32,000 nt of DNA from Candidatus Saccharimonadota bacterium (GTDB taxonomy: Bacteria; Patescibacteriota; Gracilibacteria; BD1-5; UBA6164), in contig CP042461.1 in NCBI GenBank assembly GCA_004563595.2, positions 840,001-872,000 on the forward strand. Reading direction: 5' to 3'. The notes under the pieces are model-generated. The model was not told where the DNA came from. It saw nothing but the letters and a program-made list of their open reading frames with translations, and did not search any database. Both the position numbers and the translations under genes were made by a program. Shown piece after piece: positions 1-9,829 of this stretch. Numbering within the stretch: position 1 is the first letter of the stretch; each line of letters begins with the position of its first letter.

Positions 1-420
1 CTAACCAAATACATCTACTATCATAGTTTATTTTAATATTTGAATAAGTGGAAAACAAACAAAAAACTTATTCAAAAATTTTATCTATGGGTACTTGTAT
101 GTACAAGACAAAATTAAAACCCGATCATACAAGACTTAGATTAATAATCTATAAACTCTCCTAAGTAAAGTTTTATAGATTGTGTAGCAGGCCAGTCGGC
201 ACTCATCCCTTAGGAAGACTACAGCATTGCTGGCAATTAAGCAGCGAATGCTAAAGTATTAGATGTTACATTCGAAAATGCAGCAGTTAATCCTTTGTAA
301 GCTCTTTGAGCATTAGTTTTAGCAGTTATGCTTGTTTGTAATTGATTAAGGAAGTCACAAACATCTCCCTGATAGCATATAAGACGAGCGGATCTCCTAA
401 TAGAAACCATAAATAACCCC
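1..420 (-). ncRNA. ssrA: tmRNA (ssrA); 3' tRNA-like end probably lies beyond the window start
   Basis: The minus-strand RNA starts GGGGTTATTTATGGTTTCTATTAGGA (420 downwards), which fits the tmRNA 5' consensus GGGG-N7-TGGATTCGAC-GGGA. An internal tag frame reads GCT GCA TTT TCG AAT GTA ACA TCT AAT ACT TTA GCA TTC GCT GCT TAA (stop at 237-239), giving AAFSNVTSNTLAFAA*, a classic ..LAxAA tag end. Downstream there is an H-type pseudoknot ATCTATAAA/CTTAG/TTTATAGAT/CTAAG (180 down to 135) and further hairpins. No T-arm or ..CCA complementary to GGGGTTA is seen before position 1. Confidence 0.6.
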
Positions 421-428
421 TCAAGAAA

Positions 429-456
429 AGTATACTAAAAAAACAAAGAAAGTAAA
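429..456 (-). promoter_or_regulatory. candidate ssrA promoter (-35 TTTACT, 16-nt spacer, -10 TATACT)
   Basis: On the minus strand, TTTACT (456-451) and TATACT (434-429) are separated by 16 nt. The -10 ends 8 nt before the GGGG at 420. Confidence 0.35.
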
Positions 457-650
457 TAAAAATGTATTATGAATAAAATATTTTAGAATACAATATATGA
501 TATATTCAAGTCATAATTTCGTATAAAATTGCAAAAAAAACATATATTTGTATACTAAAGAATACAAATTATTTAGTTTTTTTTCTAACAAATGTCGCTA
601 ACTACTCAGAAGAATGATTAATCCTCCTTTAGTATTATTAATTCTGATTT

Positions 651-1535
651 ATGTATTGAAATTTAAGTACATCTTTTAATGAAATATTATCATCTTTAAA
701 TGAAAAAGATAGATGACTTTTGAAAGATGTGTATGATTTTTCATATAATGCACACTTCTGACAAAAAAGAAAGTCATGAGAAGACTATTTCATTCACCCA
801 CTTGCTGTTGGAATAAACCTCTGGAATAAGTTTTGAGATATAAATTTATTTTGTGCTTGATTATTACATGATGCAGTAGAGGACAATGATAATATTCATC
901 CAGTAAATATATATACAAACTTTTGAGAAGATATTGGATTTCTTGTTGATAGTGTGACTAAAAATGAACCGAGTTTCTATAATTGAACAAAAGTATTTGA
1001 AAAAAAAATTGATAAATTAATCGACTGAGGATGTGAGGATATAAGATGTTTTTTATTGAAATTAGCAGATAGAGAAGATAATCTAAAAACTCTTAGCAAT
1101 TTAAAAAACAATAAACAAGTAAGGATGGCATTTGAAACTCAAGCTATCTTTACTCCTCTTGAAGAACTCATTTGATATAAGGAGATTAAGAGCGTAAAAG
1201 AATGAGACAGAAAATTCCAAGAAATCCTGAAGAAAAATAATATAGAAGACTCTTGTCAGCTTAAAGATTACCTGATCAAAAGTACCTTTCATGATTTTAC
1301 AAATAGCTGTTTTGATACAGTTTACCAAAATTCTTGAAATGTAACTTGGAAAATTAAAAATAAAGAAACTTTTGAAGATTTATTAAAAATTCCAAACATA
1401 GATGATAAAATAGATATTGAATCTATTGAACATAAAGAAAATTGAGAATTCCTGGTAAACTTCAAATTTAAAAAGTGAGAAATTATGAATTATAACGTAA
1501 AGCTCGGTATTTGAGACACTTATTCCTTTGATTAA
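651..1535 (+). CDS. HD-domain protein, RelA/SpoT-type (p)ppGpp hydrolase-like N-terminus plus a C-terminal region of about 150 aa of unknown function
   Basis: The code-25 translation gives MYGNLSTSFNEILSSLNEKDRGLLKDVYDFSYNAHFGQKRKSGEDYFIHPLAV...CAGLLHDAVED...FLVDSVTK...LADREDNL. The Gly of GQ and of SGE are TGA codons. The frame is open from 642 to TAA at 1533-1535 (885 nt). Confidence 0.85.
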
Positions 1536-1540
1536 AAAAA

Positions 1541-2524
1541 ATGGACCAAATTTACAATTTAGATTCTGACTCTTCTTTATTAGATCAGCTATCTATTTGA
1601 ATTAGAAATAGAGATATTGAACAAAAATTTATATATCAATGAGATTGAGCAAAGTTGTATTATCAACAAAAAAATAGTAATCAACTTTATACTAATTGCA
1701 CATTAGAAAAAAAAGATTTTTTAACCTTCTTAAATAATGAAGTTATTTTAAGTTGAAAAAAAGTAGCAATAATAAGCCTATGATGTTGAAACTCATGAAC
1801 AGAAAAATTTATATTTGAAAACATTGATACTACAAATATAGACTATTTTTGAGTTGATTCATCCATTGATATGTTAAAATTAAGTATAGAAAATGTTAAA
1901 GAATTAAAAATGAATAAAAACTTCATTTGTGCTGACTTCTCTACTAAACATTTTAGACTAGAATTAGAACACTCCTCAAAATGATATGATGATAGAATAT
2001 TTGTATTTTTCAGTAATACATTCTGAAATATTAAACATACAAATATTATTGATATACTATGAAATCTTCTTGATACATGAGAAAAAATATGGCTTGATGT
2101 TAGATTAAGGAAATGAACTAGTATCCAAGATGATCTAGAACTCTCAAATATAATGGCAGGTGACTTAGCTAGAAAAGAAATTGAAAACTCATACCTTTGA
2201 GTATTAAAGCATTTATGAGTAAATGTCGAACATTGACAACTTGTTATGAAAACAAGTACAGAAAAAACAGTATGAGCATTAAAATTTATGTTCTCATTTT
2301 TATTTGAGGAAAAATCAGAAATTAATATAAAATGAGATAAGCTATTTATCCTCCCTGGTGAATCTGTAATGGTACAGGAAATATACACTTATGATCCTGA
2401 TAAATTAATCAATTTTTTTAACGAACATTGATTCAATTTCCTAGATAAACAAACTAAATGATATAGGTGACAATTTCTATTTGAAAAAAATTGAAGTTGA
2501 AAGACTAAAAAAAGAGATTCATAA
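1541..2524 (+). CDS. SAM-dependent methyltransferase, EgtD-like (Methyltransf_33-like)
   Basis: The ATG lies 5 nt after the upstream stop. The translation contains the SAM-binding loop VAIISLGCGNSGTEK and a FFSNTFGNI motif typical of EgtD-type histidine N-methyltransferases. Many Gly residues are TGA. The stop is TAA at 2522-2524 (984 nt). Confidence 0.7.
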
Positions 2525-2550
2525 ATGAATCTCTTTTTTTAGTCTTTTTT
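2503..2550. terminator. bidirectional rho-independent terminator
   Basis: A perfect 19-bp inverted repeat, gactaaaaaaagagattca (2503-2521) and tgaatctctttttttagtc (2526-2544), has loop taaa and is flanked by A and T runs. It lies between convergent genes. Confidence 0.75.
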
Positions 2551-3016
2551 ATTTAAACCATTTTTTCATAACTGAATCAAGTGCAAATGTTCATCCTCAT
2601 CTTAACATAAGAACAAGGGCCATAGCTCAAGCTAATATATGATACTCGATTCCATTTCATTCTTGATTCCCAAACCAGTCTATATAAAAACCGTATTGTA
2701 AATGTGCCATAAAAGCTGCTCCAATCATTATTACCAAGATTCAAAAAGCCATAAACCTTGTTTTAAATCATACAATCATTGCAAGAGCTCATAGTGATTC
2801 TCATAACACAACAAGCAAAGCAATTATATATGGCATTCACATCACACCTGTGAAAAATCACATAGTTCATTCAAACCCATTTCATCAAAAGAGACCAAAT
2901 AATTTTTGTCATCCATGTGCAAACATAACAATTCATAAAGTAACCCTTAAAATGAGTAAACCGTAATCTTTATCATCAGTGTCAAAAAATTTATACGAAA
3001 GTGTCTTAAAAGACAT
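2549..3016 (-). CDS. DoxX family membrane protein
   Basis: The code-25 translation is [66 protein letters not shown]...IEYHILAGAMALVLMLRGGGTFALDS, a DoxX-type pattern. Length is 468 nt. Confidence 0.8.
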
Positions 3017-3056
3017 AATATTATAGTTAAATAGTAAAACTCAATAATAGATTTAA

Positions 3057-3084
3057 ATTATATGCTCAATCTTGTATTTATCAA
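3057..3084 (-). promoter_or_regulatory. candidate promoter for the DoxX gene (-35 TTGATA, 16 nt, -10 TATAAT)
   Basis: On the minus strand, TTGATA (3084-3079) and TATAAT (3062-3057) are separated by a 16-nt spacer. The site is about 40 nt upstream of the ATG at 3016. Confidence 0.45.
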
Positions 3085-3102
3085 TAAAGTTTTAAAGTTT
3101 CC

Positions 3103-5271
3103 TTATTTACGTTTCCCTCTTTTTATCTCTAAAATTTGATCTCTCATCTCTGCTGCTTTTTCATACTCCATATTTGCAGCAGCAATATCCATTTCTAACT
3201 CTAACCTTGCTAACTCTTTCTCTGCAGACTTCTTATCAAGAATAGAATAATCTTTATTTTTCGTTTTGATTCACATATCTTTTATCGTAGAATAGACAGT
3301 AGTAGGAGTAATTCCATTTTTCTTGTTATGCTGATCTTGAAGATTACGCCTATAATAGGTGAGCTCTATTGCTTTTTTCATTGCTTCAGAAATAATAAGT
3401 CCTTCGTCATTACACATTTTTGCTTTATCGACTCTATATAATCAACTTTCTTCTTTTTCTAATTCTCTTTCTTTTGATCCATTTATGATTTTAGGAAGAT
3501 GTCCTTCTTTATATTCAAAACCTCTGAGTTGCTCACTATACATAGTAACAATTCATTCACTATTTCTTGCAGCCCTTCATATTATTTGAATAAGTGCTGA
3601 TTCTGATCTTAAAAACCCTTGTTTATCCGCATCTAATATTGCTATTTTGCTTACTTCTGGAAGATCAAGACCTTCTCTGAGTAGATTTACTCACACAATA
3701 ACGTCTATCATTCATGTTCTGAGTTCATTCAATATTTCTATTCTCTCTAATGTCTCAACTTCGCTATGAAGGTATTTTACCTTAATTCCATTTTCAAGTA
3801 AATAATCAGATAATTCTTCACTTGATTTTTTTGTTATTGTTGTGATAAGCATCCTTTCTCATTTTTCAATGACGATATTTATATTATTTATAATATCATC
3901 TATCATAAACTCCATTGGTTTAATTTCAATATTTGGGTCTAATAGCCCTGTTGGACGTATGAGCTGTGAGATTACCCTACAATCATCACCTGACTCCCAT
4001 TTTCCATCAGTTTTTGGATCAAAATTAAAAAAATCATCTGGATCTTTACAACTCATTTCAATTTCATAGGGTCTTGGTGTTGCTGATACTGCAACAACCT
4101 GATTCAGTTTTTTTTCAAATTCATCGAACTTGAGAGGTCTATTATCCATAGCTGATGGAAGCCTAAATCAATTGGAAACAAGGTTTTCTTTTCTGGCTCT
4201 ATCCCCTGCATACATTCAACCAATTTGAGAAAATGTCATGTGTGATTCATCTACAAAACAGAGATAATCTTTTCCAAAATAATCCATAAGAGTTGCTGGT
4301 GAATTCCCTGGTTTTCTTCCATCTAAATATCTCGAATAATTTTCTATCCCATTTACATACCCGACTTCTTGCATCATTTCAAGATCATATTCAACTTTTG
4401 TTTTTAATCTTTCATATTTCAATACATCTCAAAGATCTTCTTTGAAGTATTTTAATCTCTCATCAAGCTCTTTTTTTATATCTGGAAGAATTCCATCTAT
4501 TCTTTCTTTTGTCGTTACGGTATGTTTCGCAGGAAAAATAGTTGCTTCATTTAAATACTCGTATATTTCCCCTGTGAGATAGTTTCTTTTTGTTATTTGA
4601 CTCACTTCATCTCACCAAAACTCAATTGAGAAGCACATTTCACTACTTGCTGGAAATATTTCAAGTAAATCTCCCATAACTTGAAAAGTTCCTGGTTTAA
4701 AATCACTTCATGCTCTTTTATACTGAATCGCAACGAGTTGTTTTAATAAATCTTCAATTTTATATTCATTTCATACTTTGATATCAAATACTTGTTCAGT
4801 GTATAATGCAATATCTCAAATACCATAAATACATGATACAGAAGCAACTATAATAACATCTTTCCTGGTAAGCAAGTCTTGCGTTGCAGCATGACGAAGT
4901 CTATCAATTTCCGCATTTATTGTAGCTTCTTTTTCTATATAAGTATCAGTCTTTGCCACATATGCTTCTGGTTGATAATAATCATAATATGATACAAAAT
5001 AATGCACTGCATTATCGGGAAAGAACTCTTTAAATTCATTTGCTAACTGTGCAGCAAGGGTCTTATTATGGGCAATTACAAGGGTTGGTTTGTTGGTCTT
5101 TTCTATTACATTTGCCATCGTAAAAGTCTTTCAACTTCATGTCACTCACCATAAAGTTTGAAATTTTTCTCATTTTTCAAGATATTTTACGACTTCTTTT
5201 ATCGCACCAACCTGATCCCCTGCCGGAGAATATTTAGACTTCAACTGAAATAACTGTTTATTTTCGCTCAT
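3103..5271 (-). CDS. uvrB: excinuclease ABC subunit B
   Basis: The N-terminus is [58 protein letters not shown]. The ORF-track fragments [30 protein letters not shown] fit UvrB, and the C-terminal UVR motif is [32 protein letters not shown]. Length is 2169 nt, interrupted only by TGA. Confidence 0.95.
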
Positions 5272-5323
5272 ATGTTTTCGTATTTATGTATAACCGATTC
5301 ATTTTATTCAACTTTTTTAGAAA

Positions 5324-5357
5324 ATCAAAAAAAAGCTTTCATTTTGAAAGCTTTTTT
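5324..5357 (-). terminator. rho-independent terminator after the amidase-SpoIID gene
   Basis: The hairpin aaaagctttca/tgaaagctttt (5331-5355) is followed by a T-run on the minus strand. It starts immediately after the TAG at 5358-5360. Confidence 0.7.
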
Positions 5358-7262
5358 CTACATTTCATTCCCCTGATATCATACTTCAACTCCTCTGAGA
5401 TAATATTTAATAATCATTTCACTTGTCCATCACTTTGATGCGAAATAACTTGACCCGAGTCCTGATATTCAAACTCAGTGTCATAATCTTGTTTTTCATT
5501 TACTAGCATTATCAGAAACTGACTGTAAATATGGATATTGTTTTTTGAGCTCATCACAAACTTCTGTAACATTATTTTTTAAACAGTACTCTTCAAAACC
5601 AAGAGTTTTTCCATCACTTTGTGAGAAATACCAAGGTTTTATCAATTTTCAATCATACGTAATAATTTTATTTTTTGTTTCATCAACAAGAGTATTTACA
5701 TTTGGACTTCTTAGCTCAAGAGAGTAACCAAGATATTTTTGAAATACATTTGGATCATCTGAGGCATCATACCACTCTCATGGGAATTTTCTTGCTTTAA
5801 GCACATACCATAGAGCATAGGTTCTTGCTGAGGTTATAATAGTTTTTATTTTTTCTGAATTATCACCATTACTTACTTCTCATAATCACTTCAGGTAATC
5901 ATTCATAGGAAGTCTATTCACAACATGAAGTTGTTTATTTTTTACATATAAAATAATATCTCCTCTAAATTTATTATCATTATATTTCATATTTCTGTCC
6001 CAACTAGGAATTCTATTCCATGATAAGATTTCAACATATCATCATTTTTTTGATTTTAGATTAAATACCTTCTCTTTTTTTCAATTTATAATCAGGTAGT
6101 TCCCTTCTCTTGTTATATTATAGGTTTCATCACTATTTGTAAGCTCTATTTTATTATTACTTGGGTATGATAATTTTACTTTTATAAGTTGATTCGCTAT
6201 GTTAAGAGTTTCATTATTTCATTCTTGAGAGTTTGTTAATTCTTTATTTTTTACATATTCTATTATGTGATTTTTGATACTAGAAATAAGGTATATTTTT
6301 TCTGAAATATTTGATGTATTTTTTTCAAGGTGCTTTTCTATTTTTTCTAAAAGAATGAGTAAATTAAGTTCAGAAATTTTATCTAATTTCTTAAATAACT
6401 TTAGTTTATTAATTTTTGCTAACTGTGACCCATATCTTAACTCTGCTTTAATTCATTCAATTTGAGCATATAGAGCATCTCAAGGACACGTTGTAGTTCC
6501 TGCATCACGATGTCAAATAATACTATCAAGTTTAAAACTGTTCAAAGGGAGCTCACATCAATCTCACATACACTCTTTATGATAACTTTCTTGAGAGTTC
6601 AGATCAATAGAATACTTATTTACTAAAAATTTAGTGAGTGATTGAAGTGATTTTAATTGTTTCTCGTTAACTTTATTCACTGAATAATTTCCAATGAGTG
6701 CAATTCATATTGTAGAACGATTATTCCATTTATCGTGTGCAGCAACTGTATTTGCTCATCAAGCTCTTCATTCAAATATTTCTCCATCTTTTCAGATGAG
6801 AAAATTATATCAAATATCTCACCATTGTCTGGTAAGAGTATGAAATTTATATATTGATCTTACTCAACTATATGAATCATCGTATTCTGAATAAGTATGA
6901 TGAATAACAATAGAATTGATACTTTTTGTTTTTTGAATTGGCCACCTAAGACTATGTCAATTTTCTGTATAAATAGTATCTACTACTTTTACATCATCAT
7001 AATAATCTTTTACGAGAATTTCATTCATTTTCTTTGTTTTTTCTGCTCTTTTTCTTGCAACTTCTTTTTGTTCTTCAGATAATTCAACATACACAGCCTC
7101 ATCAGCTTTTTTAATGATACTTTGCCATTCTGGGGAATCCACATATCTATAGCTTTCATTCGCTCACCACTGCGATCTTGATATTATTTTTAGATCTTCA
7201 TTTGCGTAAGAGGACGTAAAAATAAAAAAAGTGGTAAAAAGAATGGCTAAAATTTTCCTCAT
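5358..7262 (-). CDS. secreted peptidoglycan hydrolase: N-acetylmuramoyl-L-alanine amidase (Amidase_2/PGRP-like) fused to a SpoIID/LytB-like domain
   Basis: The signal peptide is MRKILAILFTTFFIFTSSYA. The amidase_2 block is ISRSQWGA..IVIHHTYSEYDDSYSGVRSIYKFHTLTRQWGDIGYNFLIGKDGEIFEGRAGG..VAAHDKWNNRSTIGIALIGNY..GHRDAGTTTCPGDALY. The C-terminal SpoIID-like block is NDYLKGLGEVSNGDNSEKIKTIITSARTYALWY..YDASDDPNVFQKYLGY..KPWYFSQSDGKT..HGVGISGLGSSYFASKGWTSEMIIKYYLRGVEV. Length is 1905 nt. Confidence 0.85.
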
Positions 7263-7312
7263 AGTGGTTTTTATGATAAAATAATATAGAAATAATTATT
7301 TAAAACTACTCT

Positions 7313-8155
7313 ATGTCTAGACAAGTCAAAAAATTTCTTAAAAAAATTTTTGTTTTAAGTGCCATACTCGCACTGATTTTTAATATATGAGATAATCTTA
7401 TAAATGCAAATTCTTCTGAGAAAAGTAATACTGAGACTCAAAAAAATGAAAATAAAAATAGTTTTAAAAGTATAGGAACTCCAATACTAGGGGTCAGTTG
7501 AGTTGCTATTAGTACGAATATCTGAATAAGATTTAAGCAAACAGCTGAGCTTCCAGTCACTATATACAAAGAAGTCATGTCTTTTGAAAAAGCTCTTTGA
7601 AATAATAATCTCGCAAAAAAGGAACTCATAGCTAATAATATGCTTGCAATTCAAGAGTATAAAAATGTACTTCAAACAAGCGTAAAGAAACTTCTTTCAA
7701 ACTCGTATGATAGAAAAGCTATTTTAGAAGCATATATAGGACAACTTGAGTATAGATATGAGAACTGAGTCAATCATGAGAAAACTCTTCTCAATCAAAG
7801 AGCTATACTCCTACAAGCAATGGAAAAATCAAATGCACAGTTAGATCAACTGAAACAAAAAATTGATACTGATTTCAATAATAATGATGCAGATGAGAGT
7901 CTTAAAAATATTGATACACTTCTTGAACTCAAGAAAAAGTTTTACTTTGCAAGAACCTACGTAGTATATATAAATCAATTTTTAAATGAATACACAAAAT
8001 TAAATAACTATAATAAAATACTCCTTGATGTCCTTATAAATAACAAAGAAGCTATCATAAAAGACGCTTCTATAGTCATTCCAAATAATGGTGGTTTAGG
8101 ATCTCTCAAATCATTTGGGCTCCTATTTGAAGAAGCTGAAAAGAAAAGTAAATAA
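7313..8155 (+). CDS. hypothetical secreted or membrane-anchored coiled-coil protein
   Basis: The frame from the ATG at 7313 joins the track ORF 7820-8155 once 5 TGA codons are read as Gly. The N-terminal hydrophobic segment is KKIFVLSAILALIFNIG. The rest is K/E/N-rich and helical-looking. Length is 843 nt. Confidence 0.6.
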
Positions 8156-8164
8156 TCTAAAATA

Positions 8165-8191
8165 TTGACATTTTCATTAATATCCTATAAT
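8165..8191 (+). promoter_or_regulatory. sigma70-like promoter with perfect hexamers (TTGACA, 15 nt, TATAAT)
   Basis: TTGACA lies at 8165-8170 and TATAAT at 8186-8191, 36 nt upstream of the ATG at 8227. The spacer is 15 nt, which is short. Confidence 0.5.
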
Positions 8192-8226
8192 TAGGTTACT
8201 AAAAACAGAAACAAAAAGGGCTCGTA

Positions 8227-8703
8227 ATGGATTATAAGACTTATATTAATGGATTAAATATCATCCTTATTGGATGCACAGATACAACTGAATATTATGC
8301 AAAATTACTAAGAGAGAATGAGATAGAAAATGTATCTATAGCATTAAACTCTTTAGAATTTACAATGTATTACAATGCACAAATAGAGGAAGAATACAAT
8401 GTTGTTAAAATAACTCCTTCCCTCTTGTATAATGCTGATGTATTACTGTTTGATTTAAGCTTTAATAACTCTAAAACATATAGGCAAATAAGCAATATTC
8501 GTAAAAGCAAAGGTACTTTTATATTTGTAGAAAATAGGATAATGAAAACCCCTATTGAAGAATTTTCACACACAAATCTGAATATCACTGCAATAACCAC
8601 AGAAAAAAATGTAATCCCATGTCAAAAAAAGACAAGTTCTAGTGGAATTATTAATCATTTTTTTCAACAGATTCTTAATGAAGAATTATGTATTGAAGAA
8701 TAG
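8227..8703 (+). CDS. hypothetical protein (158 aa), contains no TGA codon
   Basis: The ORF is intact in the standard-code track. An AAGGG lies 7 nt upstream of the ATG, and an in-frame TAA lies upstream at 8200-8202. It has its own promoter and terminator. I recognise no family. Confidence 0.6.
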   Translation: MDYKTYINGLNIILIGCTDTTEYYAKLLRENEIENVSIALNSLEFTMYYNAQIEEEYNVVKITPSLLYNADVLLFDLSFNNSKTYRQISNIRKSKGTFIFVENRIMKTPIEEFSHTNLNITAITTEKNVIPCQKKTSSSGIINHFFQQILNEELCIEE

Positions 8704-8719
8704 ATAACTCTTTATAACA

Positions 8720-8752
8720 AAAAGCCGATGAGATTATTCTCAATCGGCTTTT
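8720..8752. terminator. bidirectional terminator shared by convergent genes
   Basis: The hairpin is aaaagccgatgag-attatt-ctcaatcggctttt. The stop codon of the minus-strand gene (8751-8753) sits at the end of its 3' arm. Confidence 0.7.
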
Positions 8753-9821
8753 AAACTGTTATAAATGGAGCAAAGACAAGTCTATTGTTATCATTTTTTA
8801 CAAAATCATCTTGTAAGTAATCAAGATGTAACTCACTCCTATATCAGGCATTCCCTCTTTGAATCATATTATATCAAACTGTTTTTATCTTATACGAAAC
8901 ATCATATCTATTACATGTTCTTGGACAAATATCATCCGTTGCATACATCCCTCTACTTGGACTTTCTATCGCTGAAGTATCACATAACCTCCCTGTAAAG
9001 ATCAAAGCCCATGGATAGTATACATCTACTCAGGTTCCATGAAACCTAGAATTATCATATAAATTCTCTCTTTTTTCCATGAAATCAAGGGCAACTCTCT
9101 CAATCTTATATTTTTGTAAAAAATTTTTATATACGTCTAAACTCATTTCAGAAGAAGAATAAAACTTCATCTGCCATTTTACAATCTCTTCCCTCAGTTT
9201 AAGTTTTTCTTGGTCAGTTTTATTCTTAATATTCTCTCACGCAGGATGAGCTTCATATCAAAAAGTATCTATAAGTGGAGTTTTAAGGATCTTATGAATA
9301 AGTCTTCAAAAAATTGGTTTCAGATTTGTATATTTTTTGTTTAATAACCTCAATACTCAAAAATCATTTACTACTACTTCGATAGGGTTTTTAATTTTTA
9401 GATTATTTAAATATTCAAGTGACTCTTCTAACTTTGCTAACATAGTATCCCCTACATATGGAGTTACAAAAGTGAAAGTTCTTACTGTATGCGGAGGATA
9501 GTTTTTGTTAAATATTTTAAACTCTTCGATAGCTTGTTCTATTTCATTTTTATATGCTGCTAAATATTCACAATTATCAGATCAATAATAGATTCACTCT
9601 ATTTTATTAAATGCGTCTTGTCAAAATTTCTTTTTAATCTCACGAATTCCCATGAAGTTTACTTCGTATTGAGGAGAGACATCAACGGTAAGTTCACCAG
9701 GAAAATTTTCCATGAAAAAATTAGCAACTTCCCTATCTTTCTTTCACTGAGATAGGAGATGTCACTTATTTAAAAGCTTAAAATATTCTAAAGTGGTTCA
9801 GATATGGATAAAAAGTTTCAT
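8751..9821 (-). CDS. hypothetical protein (356 aa), family not recognised with confidence
   Basis: The code-25 frame is continuous over 1071 nt: MKLFIHIGTTLEYFKLL..KKFGQDAFNKIEGIYYGSDNCEYLAAY..PIEVVVNDFGVLRLLNK..YYPWALIFTGRLCDTSAI..DDICPRTCNRYDVSYK..RLVFAPFITV*. It is broken only by TGA in the standard code. Confidence 0.65.
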
Positions 9822-9829
9822 AATTCTTA

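Noticed and set aside
185-236. An SRP (4.5S) RNA-like motif (..CCCTTAGGAAGACTACAGC..)
   Set aside because: The resemblance to the SRP helix 8 consensus is superficial. The segment fits better as the helix or pseudoknot region immediately downstream of the tmRNA tag stop codon.
237-410. A 57-codon ORF (MVSIRRSARLICYQGDV...NTLAFAA) with an apparent GAGGGG Shine-Dalgarno
   Set aside because: The supposed SD is the GGGG acceptor 5' end of a tmRNA, and the ORF terminates in the tmRNA tag frame. It is best explained as an artefact of the ssrA gene.
545-590. Hairpin ATTTGTAT-N8-ATACAAAT with nearby A and T runs, considered as a terminator
   Set aside because: No gene ends next to it on either strand. 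The T and A runs are separated from the stem by several nt. It may be a leader or operator feature of the HD gene, but the evidence is too weak to call.
1843-2388. A 181-aa minus-strand ORF from the track, the longest in the track
   Set aside because: It is antisense to the well-supported EgtD-like methyltransferase frame. The sequence is low-complexity with no recognisable motif. It stays open because sense-strand TGA codons read as TCA on the opposite strand.
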